Assembly: GCA_964479445.1 (NCBI GenBank)
Contig: CAYZMH010000001.1
Location: forward strand, 181,754 to 245,753
Origin: an uncultured Bacteroidaceae bacterium
GTDB taxonomy: Bacteria; Bacteroidota; Bacteroidia; Bacteroidales; GCA-2748055
Direction: 5' to 3'
DNA: 64,000 nucleotides
A program made the position numbers and the translations under genes. Of the stretch, positions 51,071-60,579 are shown piece after piece. Every line of letters begins with the position of its first letter. The stretch's first letter is position 1. Below the pieces are notes generated by a model. It was given only the letters and a program-made list of their open reading frames with translations, did no database searches and was not told the origin of the DNA.

Positions 51071-51285
51071 TAAACAGAGATATATTTCATACAAATATAA
51101 GACTGTTTTTAGGAATAAAAAATGTTAGCTCAACCTTCCCGTTCAACGTATCAATATACTTCTGAGGCCTGAAAACTCTTAGCTGATTTGATATGCAGCT
51201 AATCCCCCATCCCGGAGAATCTTGTTTGGAACAATATTTTTAACAACGGATATTATGTTTTAGTTTTACCATCATTTTTGCAGCT

Positions 51286-52998
51286 ATGAAATATTACATC
51301 TTTACATTTCTCTGGTTGGTTACCTTACCGGCAACCTCTCAGAATAATCCTCTCTTCACCCCACCTATGGATTTCCCGCTCTACCTTTCGGGTACTTTCG
51401 GGGAGTTACGATCCGATCATTTCCATTCGGGTATAGATATCAAAACAAAGGGTACAACCGGACATAACGTATATGCTATAGAGAAAGGGTATGTCGCCCG
51501 GGTAAAAGTACGTGCCGGAGGTTATGGAAAAGCGTTATATATTGCTCATCCAAATGGATATACAAGCGTGTACGGCCACCTGGAAGGATATTACAAAGAG
51601 TTGGCTGACTATGTTAAAAGACAGCAATATCAGAAGAAAACACATGAGATTGACCTGTATCTCGATCCGGAAACCTTCCCGGTAACCAACGAGATGATCA
51701 TTGGTTACTCGGGCAATACAGGGAGTTCATCGGGACCGCATCTTCATTTTGAAATACGCAATACCTCCAATCAGCATCCACTCAATGTGCTTGCCTTTGA
51801 TTTTCCTGTGGAGGACCGCATGCCCCCCGAGCCAAGATCTGTCCGGCTCTACCCTCTTGATCCTGAAAGTCAGATAGAACAGCGGTCGAAGATTTGTGAA
51901 TTTGACCTGGTAGAGAGTTCTCCCAATCAGTACCGGATTAACCGGAACGAACCGATAAATGTATACGGCTCCATTGGCATCGGAATGGAGGTGTTTGACT
52001 TTCTGAACGGATCCCATAACAAATGCGGGGTATATCGCCTGGAACTCCAGGTGGATGATCAATCAATCTACCTGTTCCGGATGGATGAGTTCTCTTTTAA
52101 TGAAAGCAGGTATATCAATGCACATATTGATTATCGCGAGCGCATAGAAAATGGGAGGAAAATTCACAAGCTGTATAAACTGCGCCATGATCCGCTCCCT
52201 GTCTATAAACATATAATCGACAGGGGTATTTTGTATATTTCAGATACCCTTCAACGAGATATACGAATCATAGCTTCCGATATCAGCGGGAACCGTTCGG
52301 AGGTCACCTTTAGTCTGAAAGGACAACCAGCCCATCAGAGGTATTCCAGTACTAAGATTGATGAGGGTCGGCTGTTACTCCATTCATCCGGTCATACCAT
52401 AAAAGAAAAGGGGATTACTATGCGTTTCTCCCCCTATGCATTCTACGAGGATATTTCGTTTACTTTTGCACGCACCCGCTCCGATGACCGGTTCATTTCT
52501 GATATTTTCCATATCCATGAACCTGGTACACCGGTTCATAAATCTTTTTCCTTATCCATGGATATAGATGAGCTTTCCCCTGAATTGCAACATAAAGCCA
52601 TTGCCGTGCGCATTGAAGAGGATGGTAATCTGATTCCGGCCGGAGGCTCCGTTAAAAAAGATCGACTGGTCACATCGGTTCGCTCATTTGGTACCTATGC
52701 TGTCACACTGGATACGCTTGCACCCGATATCACGCCGCTTAATCTCCAGTCCGGACAGGATATCAGCGGAGTGCCTGCCATTCAGTTCATTGTTCGAGAC
52801 GATCTTTCAGGAATCCGGCGGTATGAAGGCTACCTGGACCACTCCTGGGTGCTCTTTGAATTCGATCCCAAGAATGAGCTGGTTTTTCATACGTTTGACC
52901 CTCAAAGGACCTCAGGGAATAAGGTTCATGAACTGGAACTCTACATCGAGGATAATTGCGGCAACAAGACTGTTTATCATACCCAGTTCCGATGGTAA
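51286..52998 (+). CDS. M23 family metallopeptidase
   Basis: Signal peptide. HFHSGIDI and GNTGSSSGPHLHFEIR motifs, plus a long C-terminal extension. Confidence 0.85.
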   Translation: MKYYIFTFLWLVTLPATSQNNPLFTPPMDFPLYLSGTFGELRSDHFHSGIDIKTKGTTGHNVYAIEKGYVARVKVRAGGYGKALYIAHPNGYTSVYGHLEGYYKELADYVKRQQYQKKTHEIDLYLDPETFPVTNEMIIGYSGNTGSSSGPHLHFEIRNTSNQHPLNVLAFDFPVEDRMPPEPRSVRLYPLDPESQIEQRSKICEFDLVESSPNQYRINRNEPINVYGSIGIGMEVFDFLNGSHNKCGVYRLELQVDDQSIYLFRMDEFSFNESRYINAHIDYRERIENGRKIHKLYKLRHDPLPVYKHIIDRGILYISDTLQRDIRIIASDISGNRSEVTFSLKGQPAHQRYSSTKIDEGRLLLHSSGHTIKEKGITMRFSPYAFYEDISFTFARTRSDDRFISDIFHIHEPGTPVHKSFSLSMDIDELSPELQHKAIAVRIEEDGNLIPAGGSVKKDRLVTSVRSFGTYAVTLDTLAPDITPLNLQSGQDISGVPAIQFIVRDDLSGIRRYEGYLDHSWVLFEFDPKNELVFHTFDPQRTSGNKVHELELYIEDNCGNKTVYHTQFRW

Positions 52999-54083
52999 AT
53001 CAACACACTGACAAAGGAAGACACTACCGGGTACTGGGACTTATGTCGGGTACCTCGCTCGACGGGGTGGACCTGGCACTGTGCAGGTTTACCATGCGCA
53101 ATCGCACCATTACTCATTATACGATTGAAAAGGCTCATACCTACCCCTACCCTCCTTACCTGATCAAACAACTCTCATACCTGCTGGAAGGGGATGATCG
53201 CAGCATTGAGGAGGTCGATATAGAGCTGGGGAAATACTATGCTGCAGTTATTCAAGACTTTCTTCTGAATATAACCATGCCTGATTTGATCGCTTCGCAC
53301 GGACATACGGTGTATCATAATCCGGAGATCAGGAAAACACTGCAGATTGGAAATGGGAGCCTCATTGCTCAAAAAACCGGTATTACCGTGATTAATGATT
53401 TCCGGTCGGAGGATGTAAGACTGGGCGGACAGGGAGCTCCCCTGGTGCCGGTTGGTGACGAAATGCTCTTCTCTTTTTATCCGTTCTGTCTCAACCTTGG
53501 TGGCTTTGCAAACCTTTCGTTCGTTCACAAGGGGATTCGCGTAGCCTGTGACCTTGCTCCCTGTAATATGTTTATCAATAATGAAGCCAGAATGTTGGGG
53601 CTTCCATACGATGAAGGGGGTAAGCTGGCGCAGAAAGGCGACTTGAACAAATTGCTCTTTGAAGAATTAAACGGCCTTCCCTATTACCGTAAATTACATC
53701 CAAAATCATTGGGTAAAGAGTGGTTCGTAAACCAGGTAATCCCTGTTGTGAGAAAATATTATCCGACCGGACACCCTGATGCCATCCGCACTGCTACACA
53801 GCATGCCGGATATCAGGTGGGTCGTTACATTGAAAATTACCGGGAAACAGATGAAGCGGTCCTTGTCACGGGAGGAGGTGCATATAACAGTTATTTACTT
53901 CACCATATACAATCTGTTACCAGAACCCGTCTGGTTGTGCCGGATCGGGAAACTGTGGAATTTAAAGAGGCTCTCGTGTTCGCACTCCTCGGTTTATTAA
54001 GGTATAAAGGTATTAATAATGTGTATGCAAGTGTAACAGGCGCAACCCGTAACACTTGCTCCGGGATAATTCATAATCCCTGA
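52992..54083 (+). CDS. anmK: anhydro-N-acetylmuramic acid kinase
   Basis: VLGLMSGTSLDGVDLA, DFRSEDVRLGGQGAPLVP, VTGGGAYN. The start overlaps the M23 stop (ATGGTAA). Confidence 0.9.
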   Translation: MVNQHTDKGRHYRVLGLMSGTSLDGVDLALCRFTMRNRTITHYTIEKAHTYPYPPYLIKQLSYLLEGDDRSIEEVDIELGKYYAAVIQDFLLNITMPDLIASHGHTVYHNPEIRKTLQIGNGSLIAQKTGITVINDFRSEDVRLGGQGAPLVPVGDEMLFSFYPFCLNLGGFANLSFVHKGIRVACDLAPCNMFINNEARMLGLPYDEGGKLAQKGDLNKLLFEELNGLPYYRKLHPKSLGKEWFVNQVIPVVRKYYPTGHPDAIRTATQHAGYQVGRYIENYRETDEAVLVTGGGAYNSYLLHHIQSVTRTRLVVPDRETVEFKEALVFALLGLLRYKGINNVYASVTGATRNTCSGIIHNP

Positions 54084-54242
54084 ATTGGTAGTCCTTTTAC
54101 CTGGAATACAGTATATTGGGCAATTACTCTGACAGGCTTTCACTTTGTACTGTTTAATTGACCAACTATCCCTCTCTGCCAAACATACTGGTTTTCAATA
54201 TCCTGTAGAAGAAAGTAAATCAATTTCCTGTATATAATCCAT

Positions 54243-54275
54243 AAAAAAAGGCGCATCTCCTGATGCGCCCTTTTT
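54243..54275. terminator. bidirectional intrinsic terminator
   Basis: A7 - GGCGCAT - CTCCTG - ATGCGCC - C - T5. On the plus strand it could end anmK. On the minus strand (T7) it could end a small transcript. Confidence 0.65.
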
Positions 54276-54370
54276 CCTCAAATTACTAACTAAAACTACC
54301 AACTAAACTACTAACTAAAACTACTACTACTTTATGATAAATATTACTACCCCTGTTTGGCTCAAATATT
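54243..54370 (-). ncRNA. candidate small RNA (UUAGU-repeat region plus terminator)
   Basis: A minus-strand TATATTTG -7 box (54377-54384) lies about 130 nt upstream of the hairpin+T7. There is no ORF, and the region contains a 15-nt direct repeat. A related arrangement occurs at 14884-14945. Confidence 0.3.
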
Positions 54371-54694
54371 ATACCACAAATATATATGCTATTTTTTAAA
54401 CGACCAATTAAATTGATGTTAAATTTATATTACGAGTGAATATTTTAAACATTATTAACATTTACCCCCTGTATATTTGATAGAAAATACAAATATTTAA
54501 CTAAATTTAATGCTTTCCCCCTATGAAAAGGTATGTAAAACAGATAAAATACATTTTTGTAAAATATCTTTATTTGATTTATAAGCTCCAAATAATGTTT
54601 TATAATAGGAAATCTTGCAAGTCTTGGTTAAAAAACGAATATTTATTGTCAAATTTTAAATCAGATTGCACACGAGCAACAAAAAAAAGCAGTT

Positions 54695-56401
54695 ATGAAA
54701 AGGAACTTGTTGGGAACGATTGCGCTCATTATGTTGAGTTATAGCATGTCTACGAATGTGCATGCATGCACTAATTACCTGGTAACACCAGGAGCCTCGG
54801 TTAACGGTTCGTCAATGATCACGTATGCGGCTGATGCCCATGTGCTGTATGGTGAATTGTATTTTACTCCGGCAGCGGATCATGCGCCGGGAACCATGCT
54901 GGAAGTTCATGAATGGGATACCGATAAATACCTGGGTAAGATTCCACAGGTTGCCCATACCTATTCGGTCGTCGGTAATATGAATGAACACCAGGTAGCC
55001 ATAGGAGAGACAACCTTTACAGGAAGGGTGGAACTGAGGGATACTACCGGTATAATAGATTACGGCAGTTTAATGTATATCACCCTTCAACGGGCTAAAA
55101 CCGCAAGGGAGGCTGTTAATATAATGGCAGAATTAGTGGATACCTACGGGTACTACAGTACGGGTGAATCGTTCTCTATATCAGACCCCAATGAAGTGTG
55201 GGTTATGGAAATGATCGGTAAAGGAACTGAAATGGTAACCGAAGGAAGAGGAAAGCGTGCCCGAACCTACAATAAGAACAAAGGGGCGGTCTGGGTTGCA
55301 GTAAAAATACCCGACGGATACGTTTCGGGACATGCCAACCAGGCAAGGATCCGGCAGTTTCCACTGGATGATCCTGAAAATTGTCTCTATTCATCCGATG
55401 TGATCGATTTTGCCCGCGAGATGGGCTATTATGAGGGAAGCAACGAAGATTTCAGTTTCTCGGATACCTATGCTCCAATTTCTTTTGGTGGAGCCCGGTT
55501 TTGTGACCTGCGGGTATGGACCTTCTTTAACAAGGTAAATGATGAAATGGGTCAATACTGGGAATATGTAAAAGGACATGATCTCACCAACCGGATGCCG
55601 CTTTATATTAAGCCTAACCAAAAGATCTCCACCCATGATATGATGAACTTCATGCGGGACCACCTGGAGGGCACTCCGCTGGATATGCGAAAGGATGCAG
55701 GGGCCGGACCTTTTGAGCGGCCCTACCGCTGGCGCCCCCTTTACTGGGAAGTGGATGGTAAACAGTATTGCAATGAGAGAGCCACTGCCACCCAGCAAAC
55801 CGGATTTTCCTTTGTAGCTGAAAGCCGGCCCGGCAAGGTGGATCACCTTGGTGGAATTCTTTGGTTCGGCGTGGATGATGCAGCCTCGACCGTATATGTT
55901 CCCATGTATTGCGGAATGACACGCGTACCGGAAAGCTATGCCGTTGGCAACGGTGATCTCCTGACCTATTCGGAAGATGCCGCTTTCTGGGCCTTTAATT
56001 TCGTGTCCAATTTTACCTATTTGCGATACAATATGATGATCGAAGATGTGAAAGATGCCCAGAAGGCACTGGAGAAGCAATTTATCGAGGAGGTGCAGTC
56101 CATCGATAAGGCAGCAGCAGCGCTCCATGAAAAAGATCCTGAAGCAGCCAGGGAATTCGTTACCAATTATTCGGTAATGGCAGGTAATCAGACCGTGGAA
56201 CGATGGAAAGAGCTGGGTAAATATCTGATGGTTAAATATCTTGATGGAAATGTAAAGAAGGAAAAAGATGGAGAGTTCCTGCGCACTCCCACGGGTTACC
56301 CGGCACACCCCGACCAGCCTGGTTATCCTGAAAAATGGAAAAGAAATGTGGTAGAAGATACGGGCGATAAATTGCTTGTTCCGGAGGAAGAGGGGCACTA
56401 A
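54695..56401 (+). CDS. C69 family dipeptidase (secreted)
   Basis: Signal peptide ending in the N-terminal nucleophile context VHA-CTNYLV. 568 aa. Overall resemblance to the PepD-type C69 peptidases common in Bacteroidota. Confidence 0.8.
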   Translation: MKRNLLGTIALIMLSYSMSTNVHACTNYLVTPGASVNGSSMITYAADAHVLYGELYFTPAADHAPGTMLEVHEWDTDKYLGKIPQVAHTYSVVGNMNEHQVAIGETTFTGRVELRDTTGIIDYGSLMYITLQRAKTAREAVNIMAELVDTYGYYSTGESFSISDPNEVWVMEMIGKGTEMVTEGRGKRARTYNKNKGAVWVAVKIPDGYVSGHANQARIRQFPLDDPENCLYSSDVIDFAREMGYYEGSNEDFSFSDTYAPISFGGARFCDLRVWTFFNKVNDEMGQYWEYVKGHDLTNRMPLYIKPNQKISTHDMMNFMRDHLEGTPLDMRKDAGAGPFERPYRWRPLYWEVDGKQYCNERATATQQTGFSFVAESRPGKVDHLGGILWFGVDDAASTVYVPMYCGMTRVPESYAVGNGDLLTYSEDAAFWAFNFVSNFTYLRYNMMIEDVKDAQKALEKQFIEEVQSIDKAAAALHEKDPEAAREFVTNYSVMAGNQTVERWKELGKYLMVKYLDGNVKKEKDGEFLRTPTGYPAHPDQPGYPEKWKRNVVEDTGDKLLVPEEEGH

Positions 56402-56541
56402 ACAGAACAGGTATTAGTAACCAGTTCATTACAAATCGATGAGGATGCTACATTGTTTAAAAAAAATTAGTTCATCTCGGAAAATATTTGTAATATTGCG
56501 ACCTGTTAATTCGAGGCACATTTAAAAAAGATTTTTGCGAA

Positions 56542-56889
56542 ATGGACTTAATGAAGGTAGTGAACGAAGCATACGCGGTAGATCATGATTTTCCGGCATT
56601 TAGCGCCGGCGATACAATCACCGTTCATTATAAAATCCGGGAAGGTAATAAAGAACGTATCCAGCAGTTTCGCGGTACTGTATTGCAGCGGAAAGGACAC
56701 GGACATACGGAAACCTTCACTGTGCGTAAAATGTCTGGTAACGTGGGAGTTGAGCGTATCTTCCCCATTGCCTCCCCGTTCATTGACAAAATCCAGGTCA
56801 ATAAGCGAGGCCGGGTAAGAAGAGCACGTATCTTCTACCTGCGCGGACTTACCGGGAAAAGAGCACGTATCCAGGAAAGAAAATTCTAG
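56542..56889 (+). CDS. rplS: 50S ribosomal protein L19
   Basis: FSAGDTITVHYKIREGNKERIQQFRGTVLQRKG ... TFTVRK. Confidence 0.95.
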   Translation: MDLMKVVNEAYAVDHDFPAFSAGDTITVHYKIREGNKERIQQFRGTVLQRKGHGHTETFTVRKMSGNVGVERIFPIASPFIDKIQVNKRGRVRRARIFYLRGLTGKRARIQERKF

Positions 56890-56903
56890 CATATACCAGA
56901 GTC

Positions 56904-56938
56904 AAAAAAAGGTGTTCCATTACGGAGCACCTTTTTTT
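56904..56938. terminator. bidirectional intrinsic terminator between rplS and the convergent asmA-like gene
   Basis: A7 - GGTGTTCC - ATTAC - GGAGCACC - T7. Confidence 0.75.
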
Positions 56939-56954
56939 GTTCCTTCATAAGGCA

Positions 56955-59789
56955 TTATTTGTCAATTTTTTCTGCTTTGGCCCTTGCATTCTCAAGGATC
57001 CGGTCTGCCCTTTCGCGGGCTTCAGTTTTGAGATTCTCCGACTGCCTTTCTGCCTGGTTGACTAACTCTTCCGCCGCCTTTTGAGCTGCTATTTTTTTCA
57101 AAGGATTGTTCCCTGCATCCTCAGTGAGCTGATCTCCTTTTTTACGGGCTTCTTCAACGAGTTTCCTCCCGGCCTGATCGGCTTTTTTCATGATCCTGTC
57201 TGCCTCTTCTTCTGCCTCTGAAATGATTCTCTCCGCTTCCGCCGAGGCTTTTTCCCTTGCCTCATCCCCGACCTCTTCCACCTTTTCGCGGGCTTTATCT
57301 TCTACCTGCTCCCTGACGGTTGATCCGCCATCACCGGCAAGACCGGGCAGGTCTGTGGTAATCCTGGGGTCTTCAAAATACCCGGTAATTCTTGCTTTAA
57401 CTTCCAGGTAATCCGACTCCGGTAACTGAAGTCCTGCACTGCCAGCAAGGGCACTCAACCCGGAAATAACTTCGTTGGTGCCTGCACCAAGGTCCGTTCT
57501 TGCAATTTGCATATCCGCCACATAATCCAGGCTCTGATCGATGCCATGGGACCCGGAAATGCGCATCCGGGAATTCTCCACCTTAACATCGAAGGGTTGT
57601 ACGATCACGCGTCCATCCCTTATGGTATAAGCGATATTTAATTCATCCGGGGCAAATTGTCTGAATTTATCATTCTTCAACAATTCACTGATGCGCACAA
57701 ATGACTGGGTATTGTAAACGCGAAGATTCTCAGTGCGTATTCTCCCGCTTGAATTGATCGTCTCATACAATGGGGTTAAATCATTATTCATGGTAGTATT
57801 GAATTCAATGTCAGCTTCCATGGTACCCTGACAATATTTGGCCATGGGGGCCAGCGTTTCCACCGTCATGAACGTTTCATAGGAGGAAGAGATATCGATC
57901 TCCTTCATATCCAGCGACATCGCTGCATACGGAAGATCCCCCCTTGTATCAACATTACCGGTGGTTACGATAGTTCCCTCCAGCAGTTCCATGGAGAGAT
58001 TCTCCAGGGATGCTTTCCCATCTTCCAGCTCCATGCTGCCTTTGATATTCTCAACAAGCAGTTCTTCGTAATGAAGCTCCTTCAGATCCAGGTTGAGCGA
58101 AAGATTTAGGTTACGGGGAATTTTTACCGGCACTGCCTCCGATGTGTCCACAGCAACAGAGTCTGTTCCGGTTGCAACCGCTACCTCTTGATCATCTTCG
58201 ATGGCTGTTGTATCGCCTCTAAGAAACGGATTCAAATCCAGGTAAGAGGAGGAAACCTGCAGGGAACCATATACGGTTTCATCATTGAAAACATAAGGAA
58301 TAAACTTCTCCAGCCTCCCGTTTAACTGAATGTCGCTCTCCCCGATTTTGACGTCGAACCTGTCCATGTTTACATAACGCGGTGAGAAGGTAACCGAAAC
58401 CGTGTCGAGCCTGATGGTTTGGGGAAGCTCTTCGGTATGAAGTTCCATCCCTGCAATGGATAATGATCCTTTTGCATTAACCTCTTCATACTGCTCCTGT
58501 TCAATATAGGACATTCGCGTATCAAGGGACAGGTCGGTTTCAAGCAAGCCTGCTAACCGGATGCCTTCAAGGGGAACAATATCTGAAATTTGCGAGAAAT
58601 CAATAACGCCATTCACATTCCCCTTGACGCGCAAATCGCTCATGGGAGTAGCCACATGGAAACCCATTTCAAAAGGATTCCCGGCTGCCAGGAAATACAG
58701 CCGGTTCAGATCCACCGTGGTGTTATCGGGTGTTGTTCCGTTAAAATCTGCCTTCAGGTCGATTGTGATGTCAGAAACTTCGCCCGGTAAATCGGTGTAG
58801 GAGAAATATCCCTCGGAAACACCAAGGTTGAGTGTTACATCGGGTAGAAGTGAATCGGTCATGGTACCGATTACCGTACCTTCAAGTTCGAGAGAACCAC
58901 GGGTGGTGATACCTGCAAAGTCTTCCATGTAAACAGCCGGAACCAGGCCAAGCAGGGTCCTGAACCGGGCCTCCCTGGCATAATAGCGCAAATCCATGGC
59001 CATATCTCCATTGTCCATGAGCAGAACCTCCCCGTCTGCTCCGAGGGTGAGTCCGTTAAACCGGATCTCGTTTTTCTTCAACCGGTAGAGGTTATTCACC
59101 AGATCTGCAGCTGCATGGAGATCCAGCATCAGCTCTCCCTGTTTTACATAGGAGACCCCCCCGACCTGTGCCGACAGACCGGAGGCCAGCATATTCACGT
59201 ACATGTCTGTTTGATCCATGGAGAAATCCCCTCTCACCAGCAGGTTAAAATCCTCAATCTGTACCTCCATCTCTGCAGGTGCATCCCGGTAGATCAGCCT
59301 CCCCCCTTTGATCTGAAATTCCTTTAACCGTATCCCTTTGGAGGGTGCAGTACCATCCTTGTCTTCCGGCTCCTTTTTAGACACCTCTTCCTCTCCTTCC
59401 GGAAAGATATCATAGCTGGCCGTACCATCGCTGAGCACCCTGGCCATGATCACCGGCCGGTCCAGGATAATCTTTTCCACCACGATATCGCCTGATATCG
59501 CACTTCCCAGGTCAACCCGGAAATCAAACATCTCCAGGCTAACAATGGTATCCCCTTCAAATGGAGCATCTCCGGTAACCGTTAGACCCTTCAGGCCCAC
59601 ACTCAGATCGGGAAATCCCCTGATCAGCGAAACACTGAACCTCTCCCATTCCACGGTGGCTTCCACCTGTTGATTTACCTGGTTCCTGACAAATTGCCGG
59701 ATCTTTGATTTAAAAAGGAAAGGAGTTGCTATCATCAGTAAGATCAAAACCCCCAGTACGATGGCTATAATACGAACAGCTTTTTTCAT
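56955..59789 (-). CDS. AsmA family protein with a charged helical C-terminal tail
   Basis: N-terminal TM helix (AVRIIAIVLGVLILLMIATPFLF) followed by the typical AsmA N-terminus (QVEATVEWERFSVSLIRGFPDLSVGLKGLTV) and a long beta-rich body. Start at ATG 59789. Confidence 0.75.
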   Translation of the reverse strand: MKKAVRIIAIVLGVLILLMIATPFLFKSKIRQFVRNQVNQQVEATVEWERFSVSLIRGFPDLSVGLKGLTVTGDAPFEGDTIVSLEMFDFRVDLGSAISGDIVVEKIILDRPVIMARVLSDGTASYDIFPEGEEEVSKKEPEDKDGTAPSKGIRLKEFQIKGGRLIYRDAPAEMEVQIEDFNLLVRGDFSMDQTDMYVNMLASGLSAQVGGVSYVKQGELMLDLHAAADLVNNLYRLKKNEIRFNGLTLGADGEVLLMDNGDMAMDLRYYAREARFRTLLGLVPAVYMEDFAGITTRGSLELEGTVIGTMTDSLLPDVTLNLGVSEGYFSYTDLPGEVSDITIDLKADFNGTTPDNTTVDLNRLYFLAAGNPFEMGFHVATPMSDLRVKGNVNGVIDFSQISDIVPLEGIRLAGLLETDLSLDTRMSYIEQEQYEEVNAKGSLSIAGMELHTEELPQTIRLDTVSVTFSPRYVNMDRFDVKIGESDIQLNGRLEKFIPYVFNDETVYGSLQVSSSYLDLNPFLRGDTTAIEDDQEVAVATGTDSVAVDTSEAVPVKIPRNLNLSLNLDLKELHYEELLVENIKGSMELEDGKASLENLSMELLEGTIVTTGNVDTRGDLPYAAMSLDMKEIDISSSYETFMTVETLAPMAKYCQGTMEADIEFNTTMNNDLTPLYETINSSGRIRTENLRVYNTQSFVRISELLKNDKFRQFAPDELNIAYTIRDGRVIVQPFDVKVENSRMRISGSHGIDQSLDYVADMQIARTDLGAGTNEVISGLSALAGSAGLQLPESDYLEVKARITGYFEDPRITTDLPGLAGDGGSTVREQVEDKAREKVEEVGDEAREKASAEAERIISEAEEEADRIMKKADQAGRKLVEEARKKGDQLTEDAGNNPLKKIAAQKAAEELVNQAERQSENLKTEARERADRILENARAKAEKIDK

Positions 59790-59855
59790 AAGTTCTAATC
59801 TTTGTATCAAATGTACGAATTCATTAAAAAGTGTTGCTCAAGTTTATCTTTATCA

Positions 59856-59863
59856 TTAAATTT
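59856..59863 (+). promoter_or_regulatory. candidate -7 box (TAAATTTG) for tRNA-Arg
   Basis: Matches TAnnTTTG, about 50 nt upstream of the tRNA 5' end. Confidence 0.35.
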
Positions 59864-59913
59864 GCACCTGCTTTTCAGACCACTACCCGGTGTACTGAAA
59901 CAGCAGAGAACAC

Positions 59914-59990
59914 GGACTAGTAGCTCAACTGGATAGAGCACCTGACTACGGATCAGGAGGTTGAGGGTTCGAATCCTTCCTAGTTCACCA
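59914..59990 (+). tRNA. tRNA-Arg (anticodon ACG), CCA encoded
   Basis: Hand-folded cloverleaf: acceptor GGACTAG/CTAGTTC, D stem GCTC/GAGC, anticodon stem CCTGA/TCAGG with loop CTACGGA, variable loop AGGTT, T arm GAGGG-TTCGAAT-CCTTC, discriminator A, then CCA. Confidence 0.9.
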
Positions 59991-60000
59991 CGCCCTACCG

Positions 60001-60027
60001 ACCCGGCTGCCATGCCGGGTTTTTTTA
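60001..60027 (+). terminator. intrinsic terminator after tRNA-Arg
   Basis: Stem ACCCGGC / GCCGGGT, loop TGCCAT, followed by T7. Confidence 0.8.
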
Positions 60028-60245
60028 TGATATATGGTTTGAATCCGGCATGCCATCGTGATTTCATTTACACGGAACGACCCTCCGTGTGTCTGACATT
60101 AAATTTATGAAATAGTTACCAATTCCAGCTTCGCATTACCCGAAATATGCCCTGTCTGCTCAGATTTTCATCGTTTCCGACACAATATGGCAACTTCGGC
60201 ATTAACAATTCTGGGAGCGAGCTGTTATTCAGAAAAAGGATTATT

Positions 60246-60569
60246 ATGGAACTTTCAAGGAGAAAATGTGTACCATGCGAAGGCGGAGTGCCGCCACTGA
60301 AGGAAGATCAGATCATGGAATACCTGTCAGTTGTAAACCAGGGATGGGTTGCTAAACACAATAAAAAAATCGAACGCGAGTTCAATTTCGTGAACTTCAA
60401 ACATACCATGGATTTTGTCAACAAGGTGGCAGATATCGCCGAAGAGGAGGGACACCACCCCGATATGCATGTATCCTATGGAAAAGTTTCCATTGAATTA
60501 TGGACCCATGCTATCGGCGGACTTTCGGAAAATGATTTTATCCTGGCTGCAAAAATTGATAAAATATAA
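60246..60569 (+). CDS. phhB: 4a-hydroxytetrahydrobiopterin (pterin-4a-carbinolamine) dehydratase
   Basis: 107 aa from ATG 60246. KCVPCEGGVPPL ... FKHTMDFVNKVADIAEEEGHHPD ... VSIELWTH. Confidence 0.85.
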   Translation: MELSRRKCVPCEGGVPPLKEDQIMEYLSVVNQGWVAKHNKKIEREFNFVNFKHTMDFVNKVADIAEEEGHHPDMHVSYGKVSIELWTHAIGGLSENDFILAAKIDKI

Positions 60570-60579
60570 TTGTATTAGC

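Noticed and set aside
54281-54330. Possible CRISPR or tandem-repeat array
   Set aside because: There are only two copies of a 15-nt unit, with 10 nt between the copies, and no cas genes in the window. This is not a CRISPR array.
54523-54744. 73-aa plus-strand ORF upstream of and overlapping the C69 peptidase start
   Set aside because: It is an extremely AT-rich, Lys/Tyr/Ile-rich translation of promoter-like DNA and overlaps the signal-peptide coding region of the real gene by 50 nt.
55391-56398. 335-aa minus-strand ORF
   Set aside because: Fully antisense to the C69 dipeptidase gene, with no independent start context or recognisable motif. This is a shadow ORF.
59807-60067. 86-aa minus-strand ORF
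   Set aside because: It runs antisense straight through tRNA-Arg and its terminator. The tRNA cloverleaf explains the region.
60070-60090. 7-bp hairpin ACACGGA-ACGACCC-TCCGTGT downstream of the tRNA
   Set aside because: It has no flanking T-tract on either strand and no second copy in the window, so it is likely fortuitous.
59914-60245. tRNA-Arg as an integration hotspot (genomic island boundary)
   Set aside because: There is no integrase, and I saw no direct repeat of the tRNA 3' end downstream. Only an 8-nt chance match (TGAATCC) occurs at about 60040. The flanking genes are ordinary housekeeping genes.
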